Assembly: GCA_051747965.1 (NCBI GenBank)
Contig: JBNJGS010000009.1
Coordinates: 2,965-59,620 of the forward strand
DNA from: Bacteroidota bacterium
Lineage (GTDB): Bacteria > Bacteroidota > Bacteroidia > Bacteroidales > ML635J-15
Direction: 5' to 3'
DNA length: 56,656 nucleotides
Made by a program: the position numbers and the translations under genes. Positions 48,165 through 56,656 of the stretch are shown piece by piece (the first letter of the stretch is position 1; each line of letters starts with the position of its first letter). The notes under the pieces are model-generated. The model was not told the DNA's origin. It ran no database searches and saw only the letters and a list, made by a program, of their open reading frames with translations.

Positions 48165-49928
48165 ATGCGCCATGCCATTCCTTATCTGGGAGAAAACGGT
48201 GAAATCAGTTTAAAAGCACTGAGGGTTGGCTTATTGGCGGGAATCATCATATACAGTTTATTCGGTATTCTTGATCCGTTTATGGCGCCTGATCATTACC
48301 GTCAACTCTGGTTTATCAGATTTGTTCTGGTGGCACCGGGGATTTTTCTGTCCCTATTACTGACCTACCAAAAGCATTTTCATCTGTATGCCAGGCCATT
48401 GATGATTGTTTTGCTGTTTTTGGCCGAACTGGGAATACTGGGAATGATATATATTGTGGAGCTGAATGAGCCTGCCTATTTAGGGTATTATGCCGGATTG
48501 TTGCTCATCATCCTGTGGGCCGGTTTTATTTTTAGATTTGGGATGTTATCCAGTACCTTTTTTTTTCTGTCCTCTATCATACTGTACAACGCGATTGCCA
48601 TTTTTGCCCATGAATTAAATCTCAGCAATACCGATAGCGATGAGTTTGCCTTTTGGCTGGGGAATAATTTTTTTCTGGGCGCTACAGGCATTCTGGCATT
48701 GGTGGGCATCAACAGTCAACGACAGAATACTGCCTTAATCAGAGCCAAAAACAAAAAACTTCGACAGGAACAGGAGGAACTGACAAAATCAAAAATCAAG
48801 GCAGAGGAAGGCGATATGCTCAAAACTGCCTTTTTATCCAACCTGAGTCATGAGATCAGGACCCCGATGAATGGTATCATCGGATTTACAGAAATGATGC
48901 TGCGGGAAAAAACCAGTAAGCAGGAAAAAGCTGAATATGCAGATATTGTGGTACAGAGTACGCGTCAGTTACTCACCATTATCAATAACGTTCTGGATGT
49001 ATCAAAAATCCAGACAGGCCAGATAGAACTGGCCCCGGTGACAACAGGCGTAAATGACAGTCTGCGTAATGTTGAAGCTCGCTTCAGGCCAAGGGCTGAA
49101 GCCAACAAGCTTGATCTAAGGCTACATGTAGCAACTGATAATGATCCTGTAATCAAAACGGATCACTTCCGTATGCGGCAGATTCTTGCATTATTGCTGG
49201 ATAATGCCATTAAATACACCAGAGAGGGTAAGATTGATTTTGGCTATGAGATTTGTGATGACCAACTGGTCTTTTTTGTTAAAGATACAGGCATCGGCAT
49301 TGAAGACAAGTATCATAATCTTGTTTTCGATGCCTTCAGACAACTGGAGCATACACATACCCGATCATTCGGAGGTGCCGGCATAGGTTTGTCCATTGCT
49401 AAGAATCTGGTGGGCCTGTTGGGTGGTAGATTATGGATAGAAAACAACTCCCCAAAAGGCAGTATCTTTAAGTTCAGTCTTCCACGCAAACAAGACGAAC
49501 AGCAAAACAATCACAAGCATACAGAAAAAGGCAAACCATTGTTCAAAGAGCCAGCCTGTATCCTTCTGGCAGAAGCTGATGCGAATAATCTGGCCTATTT
49601 CACAGCCATGTTAGAAACAGAAAACCTGAAAATTCTGATTGCCGGAAATGAGAATGAATTAAAAGACAAATTACACTTACATGCCAAAAACACTGACCTG
49701 ATTTTTCTGAGCATATCAGACGAAAATAATGGCAATGCTTCAGCTTTACAAGCAATCAGAGGAATGGATCAACAATTTGTTGTTATTGCTCATGCTGCCT
49801 TTAATACAGCAGAGGACAAAATCAGCCTTCTTGAAAAAGGCTTTGATGATTTCCTGGCAAAACCCCTAAATTCCAAAGAACTGTACAGTATAATCAGGAA
49901 GCATTTATCGCACAAAATCAAAGGTTGA
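48165..49928 (+). CDS. Membrane hybrid histidine kinase with degenerate C-terminal receiver
   Basis: ~6 TMs; FLSNLSHEIRTPMNGI; DTGIGI; GAGIGL; REC-like tail lacking the phospho-Asp (DLIFLSIS). Confidence 0.88.
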   Translation: MRHAIPYLGENGEISLKALRVGLLAGIIIYSLFGILDPFMAPDHYRQLWFIRFVLVAPGIFLSLLLTYQKHFHLYARPLMIVLLFLAELGILGMIYIVELNEPAYLGYYAGLLLIILWAGFIFRFGMLSSTFFFLSSIILYNAIAIFAHELNLSNTDSDEFAFWLGNNFFLGATGILALVGINSQRQNTALIRAKNKKLRQEQEELTKSKIKAEEGDMLKTAFLSNLSHEIRTPMNGIIGFTEMMLREKTSKQEKAEYADIVVQSTRQLLTIINNVLDVSKIQTGQIELAPVTTGVNDSLRNVEARFRPRAEANKLDLRLHVATDNDPVIKTDHFRMRQILALLLDNAIKYTREGKIDFGYEICDDQLVFFVKDTGIGIEDKYHNLVFDAFRQLEHTHTRSFGGAGIGLSIAKNLVGLLGGRLWIENNSPKGSIFKFSLPRKQDEQQNNHKHTEKGKPLFKEPACILLAEADANNLAYFTAMLETENLKILIAGNENELKDKLHLHAKNTDLIFLSISDENNGNASALQAIRGMDQQFVVIAHAAFNTAEDKISLLEKGFDDFLAKPLNSKELYSIIRKHLSHKIKG

Positions 49929-49970
49929 AATCTGAAAGCCATTAAAAGGGATACCTGTTTCCCAGGGAAT

Positions 49971-50747
49971 TTATAGCAATCTGAACTTATCCATATCATT
50001 AAGTACAGGGAATTTTTCTCTGAAGTCCATCAGCGGCTGTTTAGCAATGGTAAATATTTCTGCTTTTTCCTCATCTTTCATATCAAGCAGGAGCCTGCCT
50101 TTTGCATCCAGAACCCGGGAGTCTCCGGTATAATGAAGATTGCGTCCATCCACACCAATGCGGTTTACACCGGCCACCCATGCCTGATTTTCGATGGCCC
50201 TTGCTTTCAGGAGTGTTTTCCACACATCCGCCCTTACTCCAGGCCAGTTTGCATTATAGAGCAATAAGTCATAATTACTGGCATTTCTACTCCATACAGG
50301 AAATCTCAGATCGTAGCATACCAAAGGCATGATTCTCCAGCCCCTGTAATCAACATACAGACGTTTATTGCCTGCCGAATAATGCAGATGTTCCTCCCCC
50401 ATGGTAAACAAATGCTTTTTGTCGTACATTGCAGAGGAACCATCGGGAAAGACAAAATACAAACGGTTAAAATATTTTCCTGATTCTTTCACCATCATTG
50501 AAAATACGATGGCAGCATCTACTTTGGATGCCATATCTGCTATCTGTTTGTAACTATCTCCCTGATGTGTTTCTGCATGCTTTTCCGGCTGCATGCTGAA
50601 ACCTGTTGTAAACATTTCCGGACAAATGATGAGATCAGCACCGGAGAGGGTATCCATTGAGTCAGCAAGTTTTTCAATATTGGCTTGCGGGTTTTCCCAG
50701 GCCAGGTCCGTTTGTAAAAGGCCAAGTTTTAAATCATTGTTTGGCAT
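49971..50747 (-). CDS. Nitrilase-family amidohydrolase (YafV/omega-amidase-like)
   Basis: Catalytic triad motifs PEMFTTGF, YDKKHLF and VCYDLRFP; ARAIENQ. Confidence 0.9.
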   Translation of the reverse strand: MPNNDLKLGLLQTDLAWENPQANIEKLADSMDTLSGADLIICPEMFTTGFSMQPEKHAETHQGDSYKQIADMASKVDAAIVFSMMVKESGKYFNRLYFVFPDGSSAMYDKKHLFTMGEEHLHYSAGNKRLYVDYRGWRIMPLVCYDLRFPVWSRNASNYDLLLYNANWPGVRADVWKTLLKARAIENQAWVAGVNRIGVDGRNLHYTGDSRVLDAKGRLLLDMKDEEKAEIFTIAKQPLMDFREKFPVLNDMDKFRLL

Positions 50748-51288
50748 AAGGGTTAAATTTTTCAGGATGTTTACCTTTAATTTGAGCAAAATCTAGTTTC
50801 AACCTGTTGATAAATCCGGGATCATCAGGCACCTGCCAATAAACGGCAGCCAGGCCCAGTTCTTTTTTCTCATAATCCATTCGACCGGCAATCAGGGGTA
50901 TTTGTGCTGCCCTTGCAATTCTGATGGCTCCGGTTTTCCAGACATCAACTTTTTTCCGTGTTCCTTCGGGTGTAATCACCAATATAAATTCATCCTGCTT
51001 TTTCAACCGGTCCAGAATATCCGGCACCAGGCCTGCGGGATTTTTCCTTTCGACCGGGATTCCACCCATTGCCTTCAGAAAGTATCCGCCTATACCTTTA
51101 AATGCTTCGGCTTTAATCAGGAATTTTGGTTTTATCCCGATACTCATGAAAAACAATTTACCCCAAACAAAATCCCACATACTGGTATGCGGGGCCATAA
51201 CACAAACAGATTTCTGCACATCGGGGAAACTGTCTGCTATTTTCCACCCTGCGACTTTCAGTATGAATCTGGCCAAATATTTTTTCAT
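50734..51288 (-). CDS. 1-acyl-sn-glycerol-3-phosphate acyltransferase family
   Basis: PHTSMWD (HxxxxD), GGIPVER, TPEGTRK. Confidence 0.88.
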   Translation of the reverse strand: MKKYLARFILKVAGWKIADSFPDVQKSVCVMAPHTSMWDFVWGKLFFMSIGIKPKFLIKAEAFKGIGGYFLKAMGGIPVERKNPAGLVPDILDRLKKQDEFILVITPEGTRKKVDVWKTGAIRIARAAQIPLIAGRMDYEKKELGLAAVYWQVPDDPGFINRLKLDFAQIKGKHPEKFNPYAKQ

Positions 51289-51896
51289 GAGATTTTGAGT
51301 ATTTTAACTTCAGGAGCTTGTTTCAGTCTTTGGGAGATTCTGTCCACATCTCTCAGCCTCACTCCCAGTTCCATTTCACAATCCATTTCAAATATGCGGT
51401 CGCTGACTTTCAGATTTTCTTCCCTGATAAGCCGGTTTATCTGGTCCATTAGTGGGTAATCAAATTTTATGCGGAAATATTTTCTTCTCACATGCTCCAC
51501 AATTGCAGCATTTTCCAGAGCCATTGCTGCAGCAGTTTTGTATGCATTGATAAGTCCGGGAATGCCAAGTTTTGTCCCCCCAAAATACCTAACCACCACA
51601 ATCAGAACATTGGTAAGGCCGTAGGATCTGATTTGCCCGAGCACAGGGTCACCGGAAGAATGAGCGGGTTCACCGTCGTCGCCGGCGCGAAAAACAGACT
51701 CATCAGCACCCAGAATAAAGGCATATACATGGTGGCGGGCATCATGATGAGATTTGCGCAAACTGTCCTGATGCTCTTTCACTTGATCTTCTGAGCTCAC
51801 CGGAAAAGCAAAGGCATAAAACTTGCTGCCTCTGTCTTTGAAGAACCCTTCAGAAGGAGCCTTGATACTTTTGTATGTATCTGACAATTCTGTCAT
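51285..51896 (-). CDS. yigZ: YigZ/IMPACT family protein
   Basis: KDRGSKF, ARHHVYA, DDGEP..SSG.P, VVRYFGGTKLG..GLI.AY. Confidence 0.92.
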   Translation of the reverse strand: MTELSDTYKSIKAPSEGFFKDRGSKFYAFAFPVSSEDQVKEHQDSLRKSHHDARHHVYAFILGADESVFRAGDDGEPAHSSGDPVLGQIRSYGLTNVLIVVVRYFGGTKLGIPGLINAYKTAAAMALENAAIVEHVRRKYFRIKFDYPLMDQINRLIREENLKVSDRIFEMDCEMELGVRLRDVDRISQRLKQAPEVKILKIS

Positions 51897-51900
51897 ATGG

Positions 51901-52767
51901 TTATTTTGTAATGTACAATATGGCAATGGCTATCAGGCAGGTCACCAGGCCTGTCCAGTTGAGCTTACTCAGACGCTCGCGGAAAAACACATATCCGATA
52001 AATGCTGACAAACTTACAATGCCGATATTGTTGATTCCAAAAATCACGGAACTATCAAAAACATCTGAATTCAGAGCGCGGATGAGAAAATAGATTGATC
52101 CGTAATTCACAGCCCCAAGTCCTGTCCCGAGTAACAGCAGGCGGCCACTTTTAAAATATACAAAATATTCCCGGCGGAACAACATGATTACCATACCAGC
52201 AATAAAAGAAATGCTAAAAAGCAGGGCAGTGAACATGGAGGATATTTCATCATTCACATGAGCAGCCTGGGCGTATTTCACCAGTGAATCGACAATGCCC
52301 ATACCTGCAAAGAGCACCAGTGGTATCCAGAATTGTTTGCTCAGTCTGCCGTCCTTCCTTTTTTTGTACACTGCCATCACCAGGCCAATGAGTGCCAGAA
52401 TCATACCGACAACTTTTATGGTGGATAAGTCCTCATTATAATATATGATGGAAAAAAGGATGGGAATAACTACGGACATTTTGCTTGCCAGTGTAGTGAT
52501 AGACATACCACTGTGAATGGAGGAATATCCTATCACAAAAAACATGAGGATAAACAATACACCAATCAGGATGGCCAGGAATGCCCAGTCTTCTTTGAAC
52601 ACATTGAGCATTATCTCTCTGTTGGGGCTTATTGCAATACCAATAAGTCCTGCAACAAAGTAATTGATAACAATGGCATTCAGGTTGGGGAGTTTATATT
52701 TGTCCAGCAACTTAAAGAAAACAAAGATCCCTGTTGCAGAAAGTATTGTCAGTAATACCCAGATCAT
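51901..52767 (-). CDS. EamA/DMT-family membrane transporter
   Basis: Ten TMs in two repeats; KMSVVIP; FFRERLSKLNW.G. Confidence 0.8.
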   Translation of the reverse strand: MIWVLLTILSATGIFVFFKLLDKYKLPNLNAIVINYFVAGLIGIAISPNREIMLNVFKEDWAFLAILIGVLFILMFFVIGYSSIHSGMSITTLASKMSVVIPILFSIIYYNEDLSTIKVVGMILALIGLVMAVYKKRKDGRLSKQFWIPLVLFAGMGIVDSLVKYAQAAHVNDEISSMFTALLFSISFIAGMVIMLFRREYFVYFKSGRLLLLGTGLGAVNYGSIYFLIRALNSDVFDSSVIFGINNIGIVSLSAFIGYVFFRERLSKLNWTGLVTCLIAIAILYITK

Positions 52768-52877
52768 AGTTCAGAAATTTTACGGCGCTAAGATATAAAA
52801 AATGTGTTGGCACTGCGGCATTCAACAGCTTGTTTTTCACATATTCAGGTCAAAGAGTAAAGTGTAGTTTTGCCAGG

Positions 52878-52913
52878 AAAGAAAAAAGCTGCAATCAATG
52901 ACTGCAGCTTTTT
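52878..52913 (-). terminator. Intrinsic terminator of dnaA
   Basis: AAAAAGCTGCA..TGCAGCTTTTT hairpin just past the dnaA stop, with a U-tract on the minus strand. Confidence 0.8.
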
Positions 52914-52926
52914 CCGATGGTGAGAT

Positions 52927-54354
52927 TCACATTTTCAGTTTTTTATCAATATCATCGATATAAACTTTGAATCGTTTATCGGTATCAATCAGATTATTGA
53001 CGGTTTTACATGCATGCAGGACTGTTGCATGGTCTTTTCCTCCAATGCTGGAGCCGATAGATGCCAGGGATGATTTTGTCATATTCTTGGCAAAGTACAT
53101 AGCGATTTGCCTGGCCTGCACAACTTCCCGTTTTCGGGTTTTTGAGTTGAGTTTATCTACGGACATGCCAAAATAATTGCATACTATTTTCTGGATATAA
53201 TCAATGGAAACTTCCCTTCTGGAATTTTTCACCAGTTTGTCAATCATGGTTTTGGCCAGGTCCAGGGTAATTTCCTTTCTATTCAGGGTTGATTGGGCAA
53301 GCAGTGAAATCAGTGCGCCTTCCAGTTCTCTGATGCTTTCAGAAATATGGGAAGCAATGTATTCGAGCACTTCATCTGAGATGCTAATACCGTCCTGATA
53401 GGATTTGTTTTTGAGGATTGAAATCCGGGTTTTAAAATCCGGTTCCTGCAGGTCGGCAGAGAGTCCCCATTTAAAACGACTCAGGAGTCTTTCATCGAGT
53501 CCGCTAAGTTCCACGGGCGGTTTGTCGGATGTAAGCACGAGTTGTTTGCCCAGCTGATGCAAGTGATTGAAGATGTGGAAAAACACATCCTGTGTTCCTT
53601 CTTTTTTCGCAAAATAGTGCACATCGTCAACAATGAGCACATCTATCATCTGGTAAAAATGCACGAAATCGTTTCGGTTGTTATTTCGTGATGCCTCTGC
53701 GTACTGGGTCTGGAATTTATTGGCGTCCACATAGAGAACGGTTTTCTCCGGATACCGGTTTTTAACTTCGATTCCGATTGCCTGCGCCAGGTGGGTTTTC
53801 CCAAGCCCCGGGGAACCATATATAAACAGTGGATTAAAAGCTGTTCCTCCCGGTTTCTCGGCCACGGCAAAGCCGGCAGATCGTGCCAGCCGGTTACACT
53901 CACCCTCAATAAAGTTTTCAAATGAGTTTTCAGCATTCAATTGAGGATCGACATGCATTTTTTTCAATCCGGGGATGACAAAGGGATTTTTAATAGAAGC
54001 ACTTTCCTTGTCTATTGGTACCTGTACAGGTCTGTTGTGAAGTTTGGATTTGCTGGTGGTTGGGATTTTCACCGTGTATGGTTGTTTCCCCACACCATTA
54101 TCACCCATAACAACGTGGTATTCCAGCTTTACGCCAGGCCCCACAACTTTTGTCAGACACTTTTTGAGAAGATCAATATATTGTTCTTCCAAGAACTCAT
54201 AAAAGAATGTACTGGGAACCTGAATGGTCAGCACATTGTCTTCCAGTTTTAAAGGTACAATGGGCTCAAACCATGTCCGAAAGCTCACTTTGGGAACATT
54301 ATCGCTGATAATTTTCAGACATTGATTCCAGGCTGTTTCTACATTTTTAACCAT
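52927..54354 (-). CDS. dnaA: Chromosomal replication initiator DnaA
   Basis: SFRTWF; FNPLFIYGSPGLGKTHL (Walker A); LIVDDVH; RLLSRFKWGL; IRELEGAL; domain IV RQIAMY..GGKDHATVLHA. Confidence 0.98.
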   Translation of the reverse strand: MVKNVETAWNQCLKIISDNVPKVSFRTWFEPIVPLKLEDNVLTIQVPSTFFYEFLEEQYIDLLKKCLTKVVGPGVKLEYHVVMGDNGVGKQPYTVKIPTTSKSKLHNRPVQVPIDKESASIKNPFVIPGLKKMHVDPQLNAENSFENFIEGECNRLARSAGFAVAEKPGGTAFNPLFIYGSPGLGKTHLAQAIGIEVKNRYPEKTVLYVDANKFQTQYAEASRNNNRNDFVHFYQMIDVLIVDDVHYFAKKEGTQDVFFHIFNHLHQLGKQLVLTSDKPPVELSGLDERLLSRFKWGLSADLQEPDFKTRISILKNKSYQDGISISDEVLEYIASHISESIRELEGALISLLAQSTLNRKEITLDLAKTMIDKLVKNSRREVSIDYIQKIVCNYFGMSVDKLNSKTRKREVVQARQIAMYFAKNMTKSSLASIGSSIGGKDHATVLHACKTVNNLIDTDKRFKVYIDDIDKKLKM

Positions 54355-54389
54355 TTAGCAGATCGATTTTGCTTCTAATATTTGATTTG

Positions 54390-54479
54390 TTTTCAACAGC
54401 AATTTGTGAAAAAAAAACTGCCTGAACAAATCAAATCTCCCTTGTTTATTTCAATTATTTTATATGCTTTTTATCCTCA
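54390..54479. promoter_or_regulatory. Degenerate DnaA boxes upstream of dnaA (possible autoregulation)
   Basis: TTTTCAACA 54390-54398, TGTGAAAAA 54405-54413 and TTATCCTCA 54471-54479, versus consensus TTATCCACA. Confidence 0.35.
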
Positions 54480-54638
54480 ACTTGTTAGAGACCAAAAAAA
54501 AATTTAAATTCATTTACAGACAATTTTGTAATACAATTTGCTTACTATTTGGTTTCCGGCCAAGCCGCTATCCTGATAAAATCAGCTTATAAAAGTATCA
54601 ATATTTTTTTAAGTTAAAAAAGAATAATCAGAATATTT

Positions 54639-55043
54639 TCACTCTTTTTTTTCATCAGAATATTCAACGATCAGTCTGCTTGTTTTTTTGTCAGACTCAA
54701 ATATCCACTTATCACTATATTGTATCAGATTGACTAAACCTTTATCCTGATTACAACAAAGGTTAAATTTATTTAGTTTATTTATAAATTCATTTTTGAT
54801 AGCATTTTCAGTTCTTTTCTTTAGATGCTTATTTTCTGCAATATTTACTTCCTGACCCGGCTGCACCAGATAGACACTGTCTTCGGCATAAGATTTCAGT
54901 TTTACTCTGAGGAGCAATTCGCGTTCTGTATTGTTCCGGAAAACAATCTCTTCCTTTTTTAGCAGCATCCCGGTACCGATAAGAACCAATGAAAAGCTTA
55001 TCAGGAGAAACACAATTATACCGGATATTTTTTTTCGTTTCAT
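54639..55043 (-). CDS. Hypothetical protein with N-terminal membrane anchor
   Basis: 134-aa AT-rich ORF; MKRKK followed by a hydrophobic helix; fills the gap between dnaA and LOG. Confidence 0.6.
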   Translation of the reverse strand: MKRKKISGIIVFLLISFSLVLIGTGMLLKKEEIVFRNNTERELLLRVKLKSYAEDSVYLVQPGQEVNIAENKHLKKRTENAIKNEFINKLNKFNLCCNQDKGLVNLIQYSDKWIFESDKKTSRLIVEYSDEKKE

Positions 55044-55094
55044 TATTTTGCTTATGTTTAATTGAATTTTACAAACCTACAGAAAACGAAAGTA

Positions 55095-55667
55095 ATGAAA
55101 ATATGTGTATTTTGCGGTTCCAGTGTTGATTTAGAGCCCATTTATTATGAGCACGCCCGGGAGATGGGGCATGCCATTGGCAAAAACGGGCATTCAATAA
55201 TATATGGTGCAGGAAAAATCGGCATTATGGGTGCTGTGGCTTCGGCTGTCAGGGAGCAAGGTGGTGAAACAACCGGTGTGATACCTGAGCGTTTAAAGAT
55301 TCGTGGTGTCGTATCTGATGAGGACGACAAGTTAATCATAACCAAAGACATGAAAGACAGGAAAGCACTAATGCGGCAGGAAGCCGATGCTTTTCTGGCA
55401 CTACCAGGCGGATTCGGTACACTGGAGGAGTTGCTTGAGGTAATAACCCTAAAGCAACTACAGTATCACAAATTGCCTGTTGTGATTCTCAATACGGATG
55501 GTTATTATGATGCTTTGCTACAGCTTTTTGAGCAAATGTACACACACAAATTTGCCGTACCGGAGTACAGGTCACTGTATACCATGCACAACAATCCGGC
55601 TGCCGCACTTTCAGCAATAGAGAATTATGCCCATGCGGATGTTTATGACAAATATTTAAAACGCTGA
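55095..55667 (+). CDS. LOG-family nucleotide phosphoribohydrolase (TIGR00730-type)
   Basis: ICVFCGSS, YGAG..G.MG, M..RK..M, PGGFGTLEE, LN..GYYD. Confidence 0.93.
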   Translation: MKICVFCGSSVDLEPIYYEHAREMGHAIGKNGHSIIYGAGKIGIMGAVASAVREQGGETTGVIPERLKIRGVVSDEDDKLIITKDMKDRKALMRQEADAFLALPGGFGTLEELLEVITLKQLQYHKLPVVILNTDGYYDALLQLFEQMYTHKFAVPEYRSLYTMHNNPAAALSAIENYAHADVYDKYLKR

Positions 55668-55668
55668 G

Positions 55669-56181
55669 ATGTCTGTGAATCTGCAAGATATCAGCAGGAT
55701 TTTCCCTGAACTCAAGAACATCAATTTTGATGTTTCGGGGCAGGGTGAATTACACCAACTGCTGAAATTGCTGGAATCCAGACTGCAAAACAGGTATGCA
55801 TGGCTTGATAACAAAACATGGAAACGTGCCCGCTTCCTGTTCACCGAGCTTTACCAGAATGCGACAAAGCATAGCAGTAAAGGCATGGTATGGTGTGGAA
55901 TCAGCTTTTCGGATACCTCCATCAAGCTATACAGCATCAATGACCTCAGCAAAGCTGATAAATCAAAAATTCAGCATATCACTGCCGAACTGAATGGGAT
56001 GCCGGCTTCGGCATTGCGGGAGGAAATCAAACTAAGAAATATGTCAGTCAGCAATGCGGGTACCGGTCTGTACCATATGTATCTGAAATCCTCGAAAAAC
56101 CCGGTATTCAGATTTGCAATGCGGGAAGACGAATTGTATGTTTTATCAAAACTGATTATATATGTCTCAACAAGTTATTAA
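55669..56181 (+). CDS. SiaB-like (DUF6272) GHKL-type protein kinase
   Basis: ELYQNATKHS N-box; helical insert ..ELNGM...LRE; GTGL..M..KS; immediately upstream of a SiaC-like gene. Confidence 0.7.
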   Translation: MSVNLQDISRIFPELKNINFDVSGQGELHQLLKLLESRLQNRYAWLDNKTWKRARFLFTELYQNATKHSSKGMVWCGISFSDTSIKLYSINDLSKADKSKIQHITAELNGMPASALREEIKLRNMSVSNAGTGLYHMYLKSSKNPVFRFAMREDELYVLSKLIIYVSTSY

Positions 56182-56536
56182 AGAAACCCAAAGTACACCG
56201 GGCCTGCTGTATGATAGCAAGCTGCGTCATCTGAAGTTGAGTGGCATATCCATTCCTGAAGATCCCAGGCCCTTCTATGCAGAAGTTCACAGGAGATGTC
56301 AGGAGCTGCAGGCAAATAACGAAGGAGTGGAACTCTTCATTTTCCGTATGGATTATTTCAACACCCTGTCGGCCAAGTATTTGTACAACTTAATGCAGGC
56401 TTTATCAGAAGACATTCCCGCAATACGGTTTGTCTGGGAATACGAGGTTGATGATGAAGATTTACTTGAAGCTGGTGAAGATTTTGCTGATATGCTGGGC
56501 CCTGACTCTTTTGAATTCAAGCCGGTAAAGCCCTGA
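56162..56536 (+). CDS. SiaC-like (DUF1987) phospho-switch protein
   Basis: IKETQSTP, L.G.SIPED...FY, YFNT.S.K, W.Y..DDED..EAGEDF. Confidence 0.88.
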   Translation: MSQQVIKETQSTPGLLYDSKLRHLKLSGISIPEDPRPFYAEVHRRCQELQANNEGVELFIFRMDYFNTLSAKYLYNLMQALSEDIPAIRFVWEYEVDDEDLLEAGEDFADMLGPDSFEFKPVKP

Positions 56537-56656
56537 TGGAGGATAACTTAATCAATCCCCCTGTTTTGTGCACCACCTATACACACCAAAAAACACCTTT
56601 TGATAATCAATGATTTATGCTTTAAAAACTTGGGATTTGGGTGACCCGTCTTTTAA

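Noticed and set aside
54355-54638. oriC
   Set aside because: No perfect TTATCCACA boxes or clear box cluster; AT-richness alone is insufficient
1-56656. Mobile elements, prophage, CRISPR, known anti-phage systems, tRNA/rRNA
   Set aside because: No transposase, integrase, phage structural, cas or recognised defence motifs, and no repeat-spacer array or tRNA/rRNA-like sequence seen by eye; a tool-based scan was not possible

Overview
Chromosomal window from a Bacteroidota bacterium, probably Bacteroidales/Marinilabiliales-like. This assignment is inferred from TAnnTTTG promoters, the zapA-6S-rny order, DUF4199, DUF3127, a dnaA without dnaN, and Gln-started mature secreted proteins. No prophage, IS element, CRISPR array, rRNA or tRNA was seen. 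From left to right the window holds: a decayed outer-membrane-protein pseudogene; a PAS/kinase/receiver signalling cluster; an RluA-family enzyme, CvfB and YqgE; a LiaF-like/LytS/LytTR module with visible LytTR-type boxes; tricorn protease and M48/M23 peptidases; zapA, 6S RNA and rny; a Wzx/Wzy glycan locus containing a sulfotransferase; SRP RNA; OmpH; an ADP-forming acyl-CoA ligase; an uncharacterised four-gene cassette; a 39-aa ribosomal protein bTHX gene missed by the ORF track; alpha-2-macroglobulin; housekeeping genes; dnaA; and a LOG-SiaB-SiaC operon. The best candidate for an undescribed system is the cassette at 38240-41005: a soluble protein ending in PCPPNC, a ~7-TM membrane protein, a sensor-less HisKA_3 kinase and a NarL regulator. 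It looks like a dedicated ligand/receptor signalling module. All family calls come from motif recognition by eye; no database searches were run.
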